Below, one piece after another: positions 55,926 to 64,000 of a stretch of DNA of 64,000 nucleotides. The position numbers were made by a program, and so were the translations under genes. The notes under the pieces are model-generated. The model saw only the letters and a list, made by a program, of their open reading frames with translations, did no database searches and was not told the origin of the DNA. The stretch's first letter is position 1; every line of letters begins with the position of its first letter. The DNA is taken from positions 96,001-160,000 of the forward strand of contig CP066684.1 of assembly GCA_016432325.1 (NCBI GenBank), given 5' to 3'. The DNA comes from Candidatus Aenigmatarchaeota archaeon. GTDB lineage: Archaea; Aenigmatarchaeota; Aenigmatarchaeia; PWEA01; JACQIF01.

Positions 55926-56752
55926 TGGCGTACATCGAGATTTTGAGACCGGTCAACTGCGCGATGGCTGCCGTTGCTGTTGTTCTGGGAGCCCTTCTTG
56001 TGAACGCCACAGGCGGCGCGCTCGCGATAGCCGCGCTCTCCGCGTTCCTGATAACAGGCGCCGGGATGGTCGTCAATGACTACTTTGACGTCCGTATAGA
56101 CAGGATAAACAGGCCGCAGAGACCGATACCGTCGGGCCGCGTGTCGTTGAGAAACGCCGCGATATATTCAGGCGCGCTGTTCGGAACGGGAATCGGTTTG
56201 ACGTTCGCTCTCAATCCGTATATGTTCGGGCTGGCGGTTTTCAACTCTGCGCTCGAAATCGTATACGCATGGAAACTCAAGAAGACGCCTTTTCTGGGCA
56301 ATGTGCTCGTAAGCTGGCTTGTAGCGTCCACGTACATCTTCGGAGGAATGGTTTCAGTGCCCGGGAAGCTCGGCATCCTCTTCCAGCTGGTTCCTGTAGT
56401 GCTGTTCGCCATTGTCGCGTTCTTGGGCAACCTTGCGCGCGAGCTGTACAAGACCGCGGCCGATTACAAGGGGGACAAGCGCGAGCGCGCGCGAACGGTT
56501 GCTGTGCTCTTCGGCCCGCCTTTCGCCAAGCGGCTCGGAGACGTTTTTGTTGTCGTATCGTCGCTATCCAGTCTGCTCGTTTACATTCTGGGCATACTCG
56601 GCATAGCGTATCTCGTGGTCCAAATGGCGTCCATCGCGGTTTACGTCTCATGCGTTTTCCTCAAGCCGGAAGAAGCCGAAAAACGAACGAAGCTGGGCAT
56701 GGTAATAGGACTGGTCGCGATAGCGGCGGGGCTTGCGGTGCCCTGGTATTGA
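55925..56752 (+). CDS. DGGGP synthase (UbiA family)
   Basis: LRPVNC, NDYFD..IDRINRP.RPIPSG and D.KGD motifs; TAGTG-coupled start. Confidence 0.88.
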   Translation: MAYIEILRPVNCAMAAVAVVLGALLVNATGGALAIAALSAFLITGAGMVVNDYFDVRIDRINRPQRPIPSGRVSLRNAAIYSGALFGTGIGLTFALNPYMFGLAVFNSALEIVYAWKLKKTPFLGNVLVSWLVASTYIFGGMVSVPGKLGILFQLVPVVLFAIVAFLGNLARELYKTAADYKGDKRERARTVAVLFGPPFAKRLGDVFVVVSSLSSLLVYILGILGIAYLVVQMASIAVYVSCVFLKPEEAEKRTKLGMVIGLVAIAAGLAVPWY

Positions 56753-56844
56753 GTTCAAGACGCGCCATCGCCTTTAAATAGTCCGCGTTTTCCACTTCAG
56801 GCCAAGGGGATACGGTGTCTATAGAATTGCGTATCAACGGGAAG

Positions 56845-57639
56845 ATGCGTGTCGGACGTGTCGAGCGATATCTTCACCAGCGCCTCGAACGGACAGGCGC
56901 GCTTCACTTCACGCTGCTCGACCCCGAACACAAGGAAGAGGACAAGATACGCACCATTATAGACGGCGCGGAGAAGGCAGGAACGGACGCGTACCTCATC
57001 GGCGGTTCCCTCGGCGTCGTGCAGTCCGTCGCCGTGCACATGGTCAAGCTTCTCAGGTCCATGACGACCAAACCCATAATCCTCTTCCCCGGAAACGCGG
57101 ATGCGGTGACTCACATGGCGGACGCGATATTCTTCCACTCTCTGCTGAACTCCAGGAACCCATACTGGATATCCGGCGTGCAGGCTCTCGGGGCGCCCAT
57201 CGTCCGCGAACTCAAGATTGAGCCGATACCAATGGCCTACATAATAATGGAGCCCGGCGGCACAGCCTCTTTCATGGGAGACGCGAAACCGATACCCAAC
57301 GAGAAACCGGACATCGCGGCCGCGTACGCAATGGCCGGTCAGTACATGGGGATGCGCATAATCTACTTGGAAGCCGGTTCGGGCGCCAAGACGCCGGTGA
57401 ACCCCCGCGTCGTGGAGATTGTACGCAAGGCCGTCGAAGTGCCAATAATAGTTGGCGGAGGCATTCGCAGCGCCTCTGAAGCCAAGAAGCGCGTCCGCGC
57501 AGGAGCCGATATCATCGTCACAGGAACCCTGACAGAACAGGCGACGGACGTCGAGAAGGCCCTGACGTCCATGATAAAGGCGATAAAAAGCGAGGGAAAG
57601 AAGCGCCTCAAAGGCTCGCGCGGGCTCCTAAAGCTGTAA
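56845..57639 (+). CDS. Geranylgeranylglyceryl phosphate synthase
   Basis: TLLDP, IGGS, LFPG, SLLNS.NPYW, YLEAGSGA and VGGGIR motifs. Confidence 0.95.
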   Translation: MRVGRVERYLHQRLERTGALHFTLLDPEHKEEDKIRTIIDGAEKAGTDAYLIGGSLGVVQSVAVHMVKLLRSMTTKPIILFPGNADAVTHMADAIFFHSLLNSRNPYWISGVQALGAPIVRELKIEPIPMAYIIMEPGGTASFMGDAKPIPNEKPDIAAAYAMAGQYMGMRIIYLEAGSGAKTPVNPRVVEIVRKAVEVPIIVGGGIRSASEAKKRVRAGADIIVTGTLTEQATDVEKALTSMIKAIKSEGKKRLKGSRGLLKL

Positions 57640-58705
57640 CTTCTTTCAGCATGTCAATCCATTCGACTTTCTGCGAAGGGACCTTGTTCCACAGAGTGTA
57701 ACGCTCCGGGCGGACAGCGCTGGCCTTCTTGAGGAGTTCGGCCACCTGCTCCGGACTGTTTTCTTCGAGAGGCCTCAGCACGTAGCCGAGAAGGTCCCTC
57801 TCCTCAAAGAGTTCAATCAGTTCGTCGAAGAGCGTGCTCGCGTCAAAGAACAGGCCCGCGGGCATTTGCGAAGCGTTATGCTTGTACACGAGCGCAGTCA
57901 GGAGCGTGGACGTGCCGACAAGCTGCCCGTGGAAATAGCCGTTCTTCAAGAACGGGGCCAAAAGCTTTTCCAGTTCGTGCTCGGCGCCTGAGCAGTAACG
58001 AGACGAGTCGTGCATCGCCAGCCCGGAAAGGAACAGCGCTTCTGCGAGATCGTCTTCGTCGTGTTCGTTCAGGACGCGCAGCGCGGCCTCAGCCGCCATG
58101 GACATGTGGCGGTTGTCAGGCACGAAAGACGACTCGGCCATTGCAAGAGAAACGTCCTGCAGCGCCATCACGTCAGAGAGAACGTCCAGTCGCCCCGCCT
58201 TCTGGAGCTCGCCCGATTTTTTCCAGAGATATTCGGGGATCACTATCTTTACCGGATACTTTGTGGGATAGGATTTTTTGGTGCCGTTTATCAGGGCGCA
58301 GTTCCTCGACAAGAGCCCATCGTGCGTCGGAGCCGTCGGAACCGAGACTAGGGGAGCGCCGGAGCGGAACGCGACCATCTTCGCGACATCCAGCACGCGT
58401 CCGCCTCCGAAGCCCATCACGGTCGTAGGACGGGACATTGCGAGTATCGTATCTACGGTCTCCACGCTTTCTGTCTGTACGGAGAAGATGCGTTCCTCCT
58501 TGTACACTCCCAGTTTTTTCAGGTAGTCGAGCATGAAGGAATTATCCGTCAACACGGCGAGGCCTGAGCCGTCGCGCGGCAGCGTTTCAACGAGCCTCTC
58601 CTCGGACGCGCAATAGACAAACCGCGTGCCCGCATGGCGGACCGCGCCCTCGAGGCTCGTGCGTCCCGTTGCCCTCAGGATTCTGAGGAGCGATGTGGAA
58701 AGCAT
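57608..58705 (-). CDS. egsA: Glycerol-1-phosphate dehydrogenase
   Basis: GFGGGRVLDVAK, VPTAPTHDG, SR..SGAEH and HGQLVG motifs; next to GGGPS. Confidence 0.82.
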   Translation of the reverse strand: MLSTSLLRILRATGRTSLEGAVRHAGTRFVYCASEERLVETLPRDGSGLAVLTDNSFMLDYLKKLGVYKEERIFSVQTESVETVDTILAMSRPTTVMGFGGGRVLDVAKMVAFRSGAPLVSVPTAPTHDGLLSRNCALINGTKKSYPTKYPVKIVIPEYLWKKSGELQKAGRLDVLSDVMALQDVSLAMAESSFVPDNRHMSMAAEAALRVLNEHDEDDLAEALFLSGLAMHDSSRYCSGAEHELEKLLAPFLKNGYFHGQLVGTSTLLTALVYKHNASQMPAGLFFDASTLFDELIELFEERDLLGYVLRPLEENSPEQVAELLKKASAVRPERYTLWNKVPSQKVEWIDMLKEVTALGARASL

Positions 58706-58750
58706 GTCAAAAAGGACTATTGTTTAGGATATAAAGACGGCGTCTTCCGG

Positions 58751-61000
58751 CTACTCCAGAATTATCGGTTGCTGGCCGTAAGGACCGTATGTGCGGCCTT
58801 TGAGGGAGGATATCTCGTTCTCCAGTCTCTCGATGCGGGCCAAGAGCTCTGCCGTGTGTTCGGGGCCTGTGCGCTCGGCCTCTGCAGCGACACGCGCCTT
58901 GAGCCTCTGCACTTCTTCGAGTTCTGCGCGCAGGCGACGCGCGTTCTGATCGAGGTCGCTGTGGACGCGCTGCACGTCGCTCTCTATCTGCCTCCTTATG
59001 TCGTCGACGCTGGCCACGGCACGCGCCTGTATCTTCTCTATCTCGCTCTCCGCCTGCCTCTTCTTGCGGTCCAGCTCTTCCGACAGCGCGAACAGCACGT
59101 TTTCGACCTTTGCCGTTGCGAGAGCCTCGGCGTCCTGCGTAAGTATTTCGCGCACGCTCTCCTTGAGGTTTCTCTGGACACCTCCGTATTTTTCGTCCAT
59201 TCTGCCTTCCAGCGCGTGCGCGCGGCTGTCGACGCGCTGCGCAACCATCGGCTCCAGGCCGGTGCGGAACTGTTCAAGGCGCGCCTTTGTTTCTCCGCGT
59301 ATCTCTTGCAGGCGCGCTTCGAACTTGCGCGATGCGGCCTCTGTGGCGCCGCGTACCTGTCCTGTCTGTTCGCGTACCTCAGAACGCATCGCATCGAGGG
59401 ACTCTTTGAACTCCTTGCGAAGGTTCTCCTCGCCCGTCCTCTGAAGGGCGAGCACGTTGTCTATCGCGTCAAGTTTCCTCTGGAGGTCTGAAATTGAATT
59501 GAAGTGTTCTCTCGTTATGTCGGCCAGAGACGAAGCGACAGAGGACTGCAGGGCCTCTGCCTTTTCCGCGTGTGATTGTTTGAGATAATCGAGCTGCTTG
59601 TTGTATTTGCCGTCCATGGCGTTCACGTGCGAACGCAGGGACTCTGCGATGCTGATGACCTCTTTCTTCATCGCTTCGGCCGTCTCGACGACCTGTTTTT
59701 CCAGTTCGCGGTCGGCTATCTCGGCGCGCGTCCTGGCGTTTTCAACAGAACCTTCGAAAGCCCTCATCTGGGAGTCCATCGCGTCGAACCTCTGCTGGTG
59801 TTGGACGGTGGAGTCGGCAACGGCCCTGTTCACCTCGCGGGAAAGCTTTTCGTCAAAGCCCTTGTTTTGAAGGTCCACGAGGTTTTCGAGATATTCTATC
59901 TTGCCGTCTATCTTTTGGAATACTCCTTTCTCGTCGAGCTGCTGCTCAACGAGCGCCGCGATTCCCGAGCGCAGCGACTCCTTCTCCGAATTGAGGTCCT
60001 TTATCACGGCTGCGAGCGTTTCGTTGACGTCCTTGAAGTTGCCGCTTATCTTCAGGAGCTTCGTGTTCATCGATTCCATCATCCTGTTTTCCAGAGCGGA
60101 CTCGCTCTCGGCCATCGCCGTTTCCATGCGTTCCAGCCTCCCGGCAAGCCCGTCGTTGGCGACGCGCAGGGCGGAATCCATAACTTCCAGCCTTCTCGCG
60201 AGTTCGATGAGTTTGGCCCTCTGTTCCTCGGACACGCGCGCCGTGTACAGCTTCTCCTGTTCGAGCTCCTTGTCCATGGAGGCTTTAGCGCGCGACACCG
60301 AAGCCTCCGCGGCAGAACGCACGGCATCCTTCATCGCGTCTGTCGCTTTCGCGATTTCAGCGGAGACGTACTTCTTGGTGCCCGCCTCCTGCAGCGACGC
60401 GACATTCTCCAGGGAGGTCATCCTGGTTGTGATGTCGCTGACGACAGCGCGATTCTCGTCAAGCGACGCCCTGAGCGCAGCGGCGAGTTCGGTCCGCCTT
60501 TCGGCAAGAGTCTTGTCCAGGGCGTCTATGGAAGAGTCTATCTTCTTGTTCAGCGCGGCAATTCCTGCGGCCATTTCGCGTTCCACGACTTCGCGCGTTT
60601 CCTTATCGCTTTTTCCAGACTGCGCTTCGATGCGATCGAGCCTTATCTGAAGATCCCTGAGTTCGGTGGCGCTGTCTGCGCTCGTCTGTTTCAGCCTTGC
60701 GAACGCGTCCTTCCTGAACGCATCGAAATCCTGCCGTATGGCCGAGGTTCCCTTTGCGATGCCCTCGGCAACGCTTTTTGACACATCGGCTTCGAACCCT
60801 CCGACTGTGTTCTCGAGCCTGCGGAGCTTGTCTGAAACCTCCTTCCTGAGGACGTCCAGATGCGCTGCCTGTTGGCCTTCCGTTTCGGACAGGCTGTCCG
60901 CCTTCCTCTCGATGTCATCGAGCCTTTTCTGAACGGCCGTGACCTTCTCAGTGACAGACTCAGTCACGTCCACGAGCCGCTTGACTATGCTGTCTTCCAT
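58751..61000 (-). CDS. Long coiled-coil protein
   Basis: 749 aa, almost entirely heptad/helical, no NTPase motif. Confidence 0.75.
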   Translation of the reverse strand: MEDSIVKRLVDVTESVTEKVTAVQKRLDDIERKADSLSETEGQQAAHLDVLRKEVSDKLRRLENTVGGFEADVSKSVAEGIAKGTSAIRQDFDAFRKDAFARLKQTSADSATELRDLQIRLDRIEAQSGKSDKETREVVEREMAAGIAALNKKIDSSIDALDKTLAERRTELAAALRASLDENRAVVSDITTRMTSLENVASLQEAGTKKYVSAEIAKATDAMKDAVRSAAEASVSRAKASMDKELEQEKLYTARVSEEQRAKLIELARRLEVMDSALRVANDGLAGRLERMETAMAESESALENRMMESMNTKLLKISGNFKDVNETLAAVIKDLNSEKESLRSGIAALVEQQLDEKGVFQKIDGKIEYLENLVDLQNKGFDEKLSREVNRAVADSTVQHQQRFDAMDSQMRAFEGSVENARTRAEIADRELEKQVVETAEAMKKEVISIAESLRSHVNAMDGKYNKQLDYLKQSHAEKAEALQSSVASSLADITREHFNSISDLQRKLDAIDNVLALQRTGEENLRKEFKESLDAMRSEVREQTGQVRGATEAASRKFEARLQEIRGETKARLEQFRTGLEPMVAQRVDSRAHALEGRMDEKYGGVQRNLKESVREILTQDAEALATAKVENVLFALSEELDRKKRQAESEIEKIQARAVASVDDIRRQIESDVQRVHSDLDQNARRLRAELEEVQRLKARVAAEAERTGPEHTAELLARIERLENEISSLKGRTYGPYGQQPIILE

Positions 61001-61022
61001 TGAATATCACCGACTTCCATCG

Positions 61023-62408
61023 TCACACCTTCAGCCTTCTTTCCAGCGATTCAAGGTCGCGCATCAGGGACTCTTCCTCGCCCTTCTGCTTGGCCAGAAC
61101 GTCGGCGAGCTGCGCCTTTATGTCTTCCGTTGATTTGGCGAGCCTGTCGATTTCGTCTCTCTGATCCGTGACGGCAAGGCGCAGCGTTTCCGTCGTCGCC
61201 TTGGTTTCCGCAAGCTCGTTGGATATCTCGTCGAATATCTCCTGTTTAAGAATGTTGGCCGAATGGTCAAACATCTCGGCGAACCTGTTGGTGGCTTCGT
61301 TGAGCTTGTAGTCGAACTTGCCTTCGAGATTCTCTTCCACGGTTTCTATGCGCTTGACGCGGTCCTGCACGTCGATTATTACCGACAGCGCGCTTTCCCT
61401 GAGGCGTTCGGCCTCCTTCTTGAGTTCTGAGAGTACTCTCTTCTCGGAGCCGGCCAGCGCTTCCTTGGTCTCCTTCTCGGCGTCGGCGGCCTTCCGCTGC
61501 ATCTGGTTTATGGCAGAAGACGCCTGGTCTTCGGCGCGGCGCCGGACGGCGGCCATCTCGTTCTCCGTCGCGATCATCGCCTCGTCCGCCTTCTTGCGTG
61601 CGTCTTCGGCTACCTGCGCGAGCGAACTGCCGATGAACTGTCTTATCGCCCTCTCGGAGACGCGTTCGTCGACGGCAGTGACTTGGTTGGTGAGGGACTG
61701 CAGGAGATTCGCGAGGCGTTCGGCTTCCTCTGTGTGGAGCTTGAGGGTCTTTTGCATGAGCGCGAGCTCCTCCTTGCTGCTCGTTTGAGACAGCCTAGAC
61801 TGCAACTCTCCTAGCGCAGAATCCGTGTGGTTGAGCCTGGATGACAGCGTGGACTGCATCCGTTCCAGGTCTTCGGTCCTTGCCGCGGTGCGCGTCTTGG
61901 CTTCGAGCATCCTTATGGATTCGTGAACGGTTGCCTCGGTTGACGCGACGCGCGCGTCCAGCGCCTTCATGCGATCTGCGATAGAGGCGACATCTGCCAT
62001 CCTGTTTTCTAGCGCGCGCGTCTTGTCGTTGAGAGTCTGAATCTCCGACAGCCTGCCTTCCACGGAGCGGACGCGCTCGAGTAAGGGCGTCACGTCAGGA
62101 GGCTGTCGCGTCTCCAATGACCTGAACCTCGCGTCGGCGCCTGTCAGGGAACTCTGAAGGTTGGATTCCATTGATTGCACGCGTTCGTTGAGAGAAGAAA
62201 CGGATTCTAACGTTGATTTGATGTTTTCGGCTTCCTGGCGCGCCACTTCAAGCTGTCTGCGGATTTCGACCAACCCTTCGCTTTCGGAAGGTCTCGTCTG
62301 CTCTACTTCTCCTATCTTCTTTTCGAGCGCCGCGAGCCTCTCTGCCAGAGTCACCTGCAGTTCGGCCAGTTCGCCTATCTGATTGACCAATTCGTCTACT
62401 CCATCCAT
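61023..62408 (-). CDS. Coiled-coil protein
   Basis: 461 aa of heptads with recurring L.ER..S.E units. Confidence 0.75.
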   Translation of the reverse strand: MDGVDELVNQIGELAELQVTLAERLAALEKKIGEVEQTRPSESEGLVEIRRQLEVARQEAENIKSTLESVSSLNERVQSMESNLQSSLTGADARFRSLETRQPPDVTPLLERVRSVEGRLSEIQTLNDKTRALENRMADVASIADRMKALDARVASTEATVHESIRMLEAKTRTAARTEDLERMQSTLSSRLNHTDSALGELQSRLSQTSSKEELALMQKTLKLHTEEAERLANLLQSLTNQVTAVDERVSERAIRQFIGSSLAQVAEDARKKADEAMIATENEMAAVRRRAEDQASSAINQMQRKAADAEKETKEALAGSEKRVLSELKKEAERLRESALSVIIDVQDRVKRIETVEENLEGKFDYKLNEATNRFAEMFDHSANILKQEIFDEISNELAETKATTETLRLAVTDQRDEIDRLAKSTEDIKAQLADVLAKQKGEEESLMRDLESLERRLKV

Positions 62409-62692
62409 CAGCGCTCACCGACGCTTTTTCTGAGAGCACGCAATATCTCTTCCTCGTCTCCGAGAACGCTCTCCACTATCTCGGATTTTATGCTGTCCGC
62501 CGACTTGAGCCTGCCTTCCATGCCGTCGATTCTGCTTTCAAGCATGCGCACCTTTCGCTTGAGCTCTTCCAGCATGGATGTGAGATACTCTACGTCTTTT
62601 GAAGGCGCGGCGTGCGCGCTTCCGAGTTCTTCCCTGACCTCTTTCAGGGACTCTTCCACGGCTTCACGCACGGCGTCTTTAAGGGTTCCCAT
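62408..62692 (-). CDS. Small coiled-coil protein
   Basis: Start moved to MGTLK at 62692 (RBS GGTGA); TGATG coupling downstream. Confidence 0.7.
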   Translation of the reverse strand: MGTLKDAVREAVEESLKEVREELGSAHAAPSKDVEYLTSMLEELKRKVRMLESRIDGMEGRLKSADSIKSEIVESVLGDEEEILRALRKSVGER

Positions 62693-62697
62693 GAACT

Positions 62698-62796
62698 TCA
62701 CCAATTTCCTCGTGGGATGTACGAGAACCACGTTCTCGACATGTCGAAATTCCACGGAATTTCGTACAACTTGAAATCGCATTTCATTGTTCCCAT
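62698..62796 (-). repeat. Multi-hairpin leader element traversed by a 32-aa ORF starting MGTMK
   Basis: TGTA-H-ACATGT-H-TACA at 62718-62768; start duplicates the downstream MGTLK. Confidence 0.75.
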
Positions 62797-62797
62797 C

Positions 62798-63310
62798 CTA
62801 ACCACCCATTATCCTCTTGGCCTCTTGAATCTTGGAACGTATGTCGGCGATGCGTATCTCGCCTACAACAGGCGGAGGTTTCTCGAAGACAGGTTGCGCA
62901 CGTTCCGGAACGGGCGGCGCGATAACGGATGGTCTGACGGGTTCGGCCCTCTGCCTCTTGATAGCTTGCACATCCGCCGCTACCGCGTCGATTGCCTGTT
63001 GCATCTTCTTCAGGGCTTCCACATCCGTCGTCAAGGAATCGAGCCTTCTTTGTATCGCGTTCTGGAGCTTGTACAGGTTCTCGAGGGCCCTGACAACGTC
63101 CTTGGGAAGAGGCGTTGGGGCCGTCGGCGCGCCGGAAGTCGGCCCGAGCGCCGTTCCGGTCGCCGTTGCGGGCGCCTTGCCTTCCTGGATGTTCTTGAGC
63201 AGCGACTTGAGTTCCAGTATCTCTATCTTGTTCGTAAGCGAAAGGTCTTCGAGCTCCTCGAGCTTGCTTTCTATATCTTCGAATCTTCTGGGCGTGTCCT
63301 CCCCTGCCAT
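62798..63310 (-). CDS. Pro-rich coiled-coil protein
   Basis: Coiled coils separated by P/T/A-rich linkers. Confidence 0.65.
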   Translation of the reverse strand: MAGEDTPRRFEDIESKLEELEDLSLTNKIEILELKSLLKNIQEGKAPATATGTALGPTSGAPTAPTPLPKDVVRALENLYKLQNAIQRRLDSLTTDVEALKKMQQAIDAVAADVQAIKRQRAEPVRPSVIAPPVPERAQPVFEKPPPVVGEIRIADIRSKIQEAKRIMGG

Positions 63311-63364
63311 ATTTAAAGCACGAATTTCCCCAAATAAATGCATTATATTGGCTTTTTAGGTCGT

Positions 63365-63943
63365 TTAAACGCTTCCCGAGCCGTGCGGGAGAAACTTTAA
63401 AACCGCCGTTTTAAACGTGCTTACCCGCGTTCTCGCGAGGCCGGCCAGAATGGATTTCTTCTTCAGCCACGCGAACCACAGGGCCAGAACGGCGGCCGCC
63501 ATTCCTGCCTGCCAGAGAATGTCGTGGAAGAGGTAAAACGTTTCGACCCCGTAGAATGCCGAATACGACGTGACAGAGACGCGCACGATGTTGATGGCGT
63601 AGATTAGGGGCACAAAGACCGCGATTCCGAGCAGTTTCTCCGCAGACTTGGCCTTGGCCGCAACTATCAGTGCGGCCAGGAAGAACGCGCTCTTCCAACC
63701 CGTGGAATCTCTCGAAACCAGGACGTCAAACCCGTCGAAACGGAGCACGGCGCCATTCAACTGCGCGTTGACGCCGAACAGAGCGAGCGCCGAGTGCACG
63801 TTTTGGGCGGTGAATGTCTGGAGCCACGAAAGGTCGGCGTATGCTATGGCCAGATGGAAGGGTATCGCCATGGCCGAGAGCTTCAGAAGAAAGTAAAAGG
63901 AGTTCTCCAGCCTCCTCGTCTGCCTCTCCGACAAGTCAATCAT
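63365..63943 (-). CDS. Archaeosortase/exosortase-family protein
   Basis: TM helices; V..(C>S)TGW, N..R (INIVRV) and FHD..W motifs. Confidence 0.75.
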   Translation of the reverse strand: MIDLSERQTRRLENSFYFLLKLSAMAIPFHLAIAYADLSWLQTFTAQNVHSALALFGVNAQLNGAVLRFDGFDVLVSRDSTGWKSAFFLAALIVAAKAKSAEKLLGIAVFVPLIYAINIVRVSVTSYSAFYGVETFYLFHDILWQAGMAAAVLALWFAWLKKKSILAGLARTRVSTFKTAVLKFLPHGSGSV

Positions 63944-64000
63944 GGCCTTGGCCTCTGAGGGCTTCTGTTATGTTGTGCACTCTGCGTTTCAGAAGAAGGT

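Noticed and set aside
7684-62790. GAAAC/GTTTC words resemble CRISPR repeat ends
   Set aside because: Orientation is GAAAC-short-GTTTC, copies are dispersed, and there is no repeat-spacer periodicity or cas operon

Overview
Archaeal chromosome segment, gene-dense and GC-rich, probably from a DPANN-type lineage (inferred from the style of the pilus locus, compact operons and bacterial-type MetRS/GpmA). It holds a vapBC toxin-antitoxin pair and a ~17 kb type IV pilus/adhesin locus (ATPase, TadC-like platform, ~16 pilin-like proteins with LamG, C-type lectin and beta-propeller tips). It also holds the proteasome/exosome superoperon, split transketolase, a PGF-pre-PGF surface glycoprotein, FEN1, rps15/rps3Ae, DacZ, SRP54, Cdc6, pyrE/pyrF, PCNA, UppS, a prepilin peptidase, the ether-lipid genes (DGGGPS, GGGPS, EgsA), and a coiled-coil operon with an archaeosortase-like gene. 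No rRNA, tRNA, CRISPR array or transposase was found. The most striking unexplained signal is a dispersed family of about a dozen intergenic leader elements sitting directly in front of gene starts. Nearly all carry a GAAA(C/T)-Nx-(G/A)TTTC hairpin, some expanded into modular multi-hairpin junctions. Most are traversed by a short ORF whose stop abuts or overlaps the next start codon. Many begin with an imperfect copy of the downstream gene's own RBS and first codons (MITKI/MITKI, MPEI/MPEI, MGTMK/MGTLK, MPEL/MPEL, MKG/MKG). All family assignments are from motif recognition, with no database search.
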